From Pseudomonadota bacterium (GTDB lineage Bacteria > Campylobacterota > Campylobacteria > Campylobacterales > Sulfurimonadaceae), in the NCBI GenBank assembly GCA_043797085.1, contig JAZDQA010000001.1, positions 1 through 64,000 of the forward strand: a stretch of DNA of 64,000 nt, in the 5' to 3' direction. Shown piece after piece: positions 61,494 to 64,000 of this stretch. The position numbers and the translations under genes are program-made. The notes beneath the pieces were generated by a model that had not been told where the DNA came from, ran no database searches, and saw nothing but the letters and a program-made list of their open reading frames with translations. Each line of letters starts with the position of its first letter. The first letter of the stretch is position 1.

Positions 61494-61826
61494 TTAAAGA
61501 GAAGCAAGTGCTGCTGATATTTTGGGAAGCGTTGAATTAACCATAGTTGCGTAGTTCGTTAATTTCTCACGATAATCAGCTGTCATGGGAGCTCCATTTT
61601 CCAATTCTTCCACAACAGTGATCATACTCTGTAAAAAATCGCGATGTTCAGCACACTCATGACATACAGTTGTATTGACACACATTCCTTCATTCATCGC
61701 AATATACGCAGCTTGAGTCGCATCGTTTAGTTGCGTAAAATACGCATTTCCAGACGCGTTTGTATCGTTTAAAAGTGAATGAACCTCTTGAAATTTCGAG
61801 TACGTATCATTGATAACATCCAACAT
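61494..61826 (-). CDS. Hypothetical protein with C-x5-CxxC-x2-H motif
   Basis: ATG 61826 after AGGAG; CVNTTVCHECAEH. Confidence 0.65.
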   Translation of the reverse strand: MLDVINDTYSKFQEVHSLLNDTNASGNAYFTQLNDATQAAYIAMNEGMCVNTTVCHECAEHRDFLQSMITVVEELENGAPMTADYREKLTNYATMVNSTLPKISAALASL

Positions 61827-61931
61827 TGTGTTCTCCTGTTTGAACAATTTAATTTTATTATTGTAGCTCAAAAACAGTAGAATACAATAAAATACAATTA
61901 CAATAAGATTACAAGAATGAAAAGAGAAAGA

Positions 61932-62948
61932 ATGGAATACCGCTATATCGGACGCAGTGGTTTACGCGTATCCCCGATTTGTTTGGGAACGATGACGTTT
62001 GGCAGTCAATGCGATGAGAAAAATGCATTTGCTATTATGGACAAAGCATACGATGCAGGGGTAAATTTTTTCGATACCGCCGAACTTTATCCCGTTCCTC
62101 CAAGCTTTGAACTCTCAGGACTTACGGAGGAGATGGTGGGGCGTTGGCTGAAAACAAAACCGCGTGACAGTCTCATTTTAGCCACCAAAGTTGCCGGTGC
62201 CGCTTCAGGATGGTTCGTTCCTCCGATTCGTCATGGATATACGGCATGTGATCGATTTCATATCGAGCGTGCGATAGAGGGTTCCCTCAAACGTCTTGGG
62301 ACGGATTATATCGATTTGTATCAGATGCATTGGCCAGATCCTATCGTCCCCATCGAAGAGACATTACGAGCATTTGATTCACTGGTGCAAAGCGGAAAAG
62401 TGCGTTACATCGGAACTTCCAATGACAGTGCTTCAGGGGTGATGAAAGCCACAATGACTTCAAAATATGAGAAATTAGCCCGCTTTGAATCGGTACAAAA
62501 TAATTTTTCTCTCCTCAATCGTCGTGATTTGGACGGGATTAGTGCCATGTGTAAAAGTGAAAATATCTCTTTATTGCCTTATTCTCCTCTTGGCGGTGGG
62601 GTGTTGAGTGGAAAATACAATCAATCCAGCGTTGCACAGGGACGTTTTAGTGATTATGTAAACTCAACGAATAAGCGTCAAAGATTGATGGCAGCACGTT
62701 TCTTGAATGATAAAACATTGGCTTCCACGCAAGAATATTTACGTATTGCTCATGACGCAGGAATGGACATTGTCACGATGGCGATTGCGTGGAGTAAACA
62801 GTTCGACTTTGTCGCTTCCACCATCATCGGAGCAACCTCGCCTCAACAGCTCGATGCGAGTTTGGCAGCGATGAACGTCACCCTCTCACCTGAACTAAAT
62901 CACGCATTGGACGCGGTACATGCAAAAATACTTTATCCTATGGGTTAG
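61932..62948 (+). CDS. Aldo/keto reductase (Tas-like)
   Basis: CLGTMTFG, FDTAELY, IDLYQMHWPD, YSPLGGG; alternative start 61917. Confidence 0.92.
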   Translation: MEYRYIGRSGLRVSPICLGTMTFGSQCDEKNAFAIMDKAYDAGVNFFDTAELYPVPPSFELSGLTEEMVGRWLKTKPRDSLILATKVAGAASGWFVPPIRHGYTACDRFHIERAIEGSLKRLGTDYIDLYQMHWPDPIVPIEETLRAFDSLVQSGKVRYIGTSNDSASGVMKATMTSKYEKLARFESVQNNFSLLNRRDLDGISAMCKSENISLLPYSPLGGGVLSGKYNQSSVAQGRFSDYVNSTNKRQRLMAARFLNDKTLASTQEYLRIAHDAGMDIVTMAIAWSKQFDFVASTIIGATSPQQLDASLAAMNVTLSPELNHALDAVHAKILYPMG

Positions 62949-63414
62949 TGCGTTCGCTCTCCTAATCGGAGGATGCGCAACGAAACACTACTCTATCAGC
63001 ACCCCAAAAATGATTGTGATCAAAAGTCCCAAGCTGAAATACGCGGATATGGGATACCTTCGCTATGAAGGCGATGCAGTTGAGATGGAACTTTTTACCG
63101 CAGGCGTAGCGGTTGAGAAAATATCCATCGATAAACAAGTATGCGTGAGTGCCGGATGTATGAGTGAAGAGGCGTTTGTACACGAATATCTCTATAAGGA
63201 TTATCCGCGTGACACGATGCGCCGTGTGTTGCAAAGTGAACCTATTTTCGATGGAAATGGAACGAGCGAGTCATGTGGAGGGGTAAAAATCCAAAACATA
63301 CGAAATGATGAGATGGACATAGTCTATCGACGCTCAGCAAAAGAGACCTATTTTAAAGATAGATTGAACGGATTGATGATTAAGATTAGTGATGTTTTGG
63401 AGAGTTCAAAATGA
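62920..63414 (+). CDS. Hypothetical lipoprotein
   Basis: Lipobox LIGGC; KSPKLKYADMGYL. Confidence 0.65.
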   Translation: MQKYFILWVSAFALLIGGCATKHYSISTPKMIVIKSPKLKYADMGYLRYEGDAVEMELFTAGVAVEKISIDKQVCVSAGCMSEEAFVHEYLYKDYPRDTMRRVLQSEPIFDGNGTSESCGGVKIQNIRNDEMDIVYRRSAKETYFKDRLNGLMIKISDVLESSK

Positions 63415-63481
63415 TGCGGCATAGAGAATTCGGCGACTGTGATATAATAATAAGAGTTGTTGAAAGAAGAGGGCTAGGGAA

Positions 63482-63760
63482 TTGAATTTTGTTTACAGAG
63501 TTCATGCGATCGAGAGAATGTTTCAACGAGATGTAAATGAAGCGGATGTTGAACGTGTTGTCAGATCGGGTGAAATCATAGAGAACTATCCCGATGATCA
63601 ACCTTATCCTTCATTTTTGGTATTGGGGTATATAGATAAAAGAGCACTTCATGTCGTCTATGCAAAAGATGAGAATGAAACTATTATTGTAATCACAGTA
63701 TATGAACCGACGCTTGAAAAATGGTTAGAAGATTTAAAAACGAGGAGAAAACTATCATGA
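63482..63760 (+). CDS. DUF4258 family protein (putative toxin)
   Basis: HAIERMFQR, IENYPDD.PYPS.LVLG, LHVV, ITVYEP...W; TTG start. Confidence 0.82.
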   Translation: MNFVYRVHAIERMFQRDVNEADVERVVRSGEIIENYPDDQPYPSFLVLGYIDKRALHVVYAKDENETIIVITVYEPTLEKWLEDLKTRRKLS

Positions 63761-63987
63761 AATGTTTGATTTGTAAACACGGTGAGACTCAATTGGGAGA
63801 TACAACGGTAACGCTTGAAAAAAATGGTTCTACGATTGTGTTCAAACACGTTCCGGCACACGTTTGTGATAACTGCGGAGAAAAATACGTTGATGACACC
63901 GTAACCGCTGAACTTTTGAAAAAAGCACAAGAGATTATTAAAAACGGTGTCGAAGTTGATATCCGTGAGTATCAAAGCGCGGCGTAA
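63757..63987 (+). CDS. YgiT-type zinc finger protein (MqsA-like putative antitoxin)
   Basis: MKCLICK...VPAHVCDNCGEKY; ATGA overlap with DUF4258. Confidence 0.85.
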   Translation: MKCLICKHGETQLGDTTVTLEKNGSTIVFKHVPAHVCDNCGEKYVDDTVTAELLKKAQEIIKNGVEVDIREYQSAA

Positions 63988-64000
63988 CTCTTCTCGTCAT

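Overview
This is a chromosomal window from a Campylobacterota (epsilonproteobacterium); the gene content and order look Sulfuricurvum/Sulfurimonas-like (inference). From left to right it holds: the 3' end of a flagellin, and a flagellin glycosylation locus (fliD, pseBCFGHI, an extra GT-B-like protein, oxidoreductase, aminotransferase, GNAT, PseA-like amidotransferase, amidase, maf) with sigma54-type promoters. Next come SRP RNA, an HDOD gene, a polysaccharide deacetylase, rnhB and the S10-spc ribosomal protein cluster through secY-map-infA. These are followed by an MNT-HEPN module, an orphan Cys-type formate-dehydrogenase-like molybdoenzyme, trxAB-dapB-purF, hisIE, SPFH, ilvE, a truncated globin, ALDH, bcp and a DUF3373 outer-membrane protein. 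The right part has rpsB-tsf-ABC-fliR-acidic protein-gmk-tatA-argS, a short flagellin-like gene, aguB with a two-gene islet flanked by a ~100 bp duplication of the aguB 3' end, a J-domain gene with a sigma54 motif, and a DUF4258/YgiT module. Four observations stand out. (1) An amidase-signature enzyme is translationally coupled to the PseA-like amidotransferase where HisH/HisF would normally be. (2) An unannotated ~85 nt three-hairpin intergenic element occurs twice with compensatory changes. (3) The aguB islet carries a lipoprotein plus a secreted GxSxG hydrolase. (4) An identical 16-nt sigma54 box precedes both fliD and the J-domain gene. All family calls come from motif recognition by eye; no database search was run.
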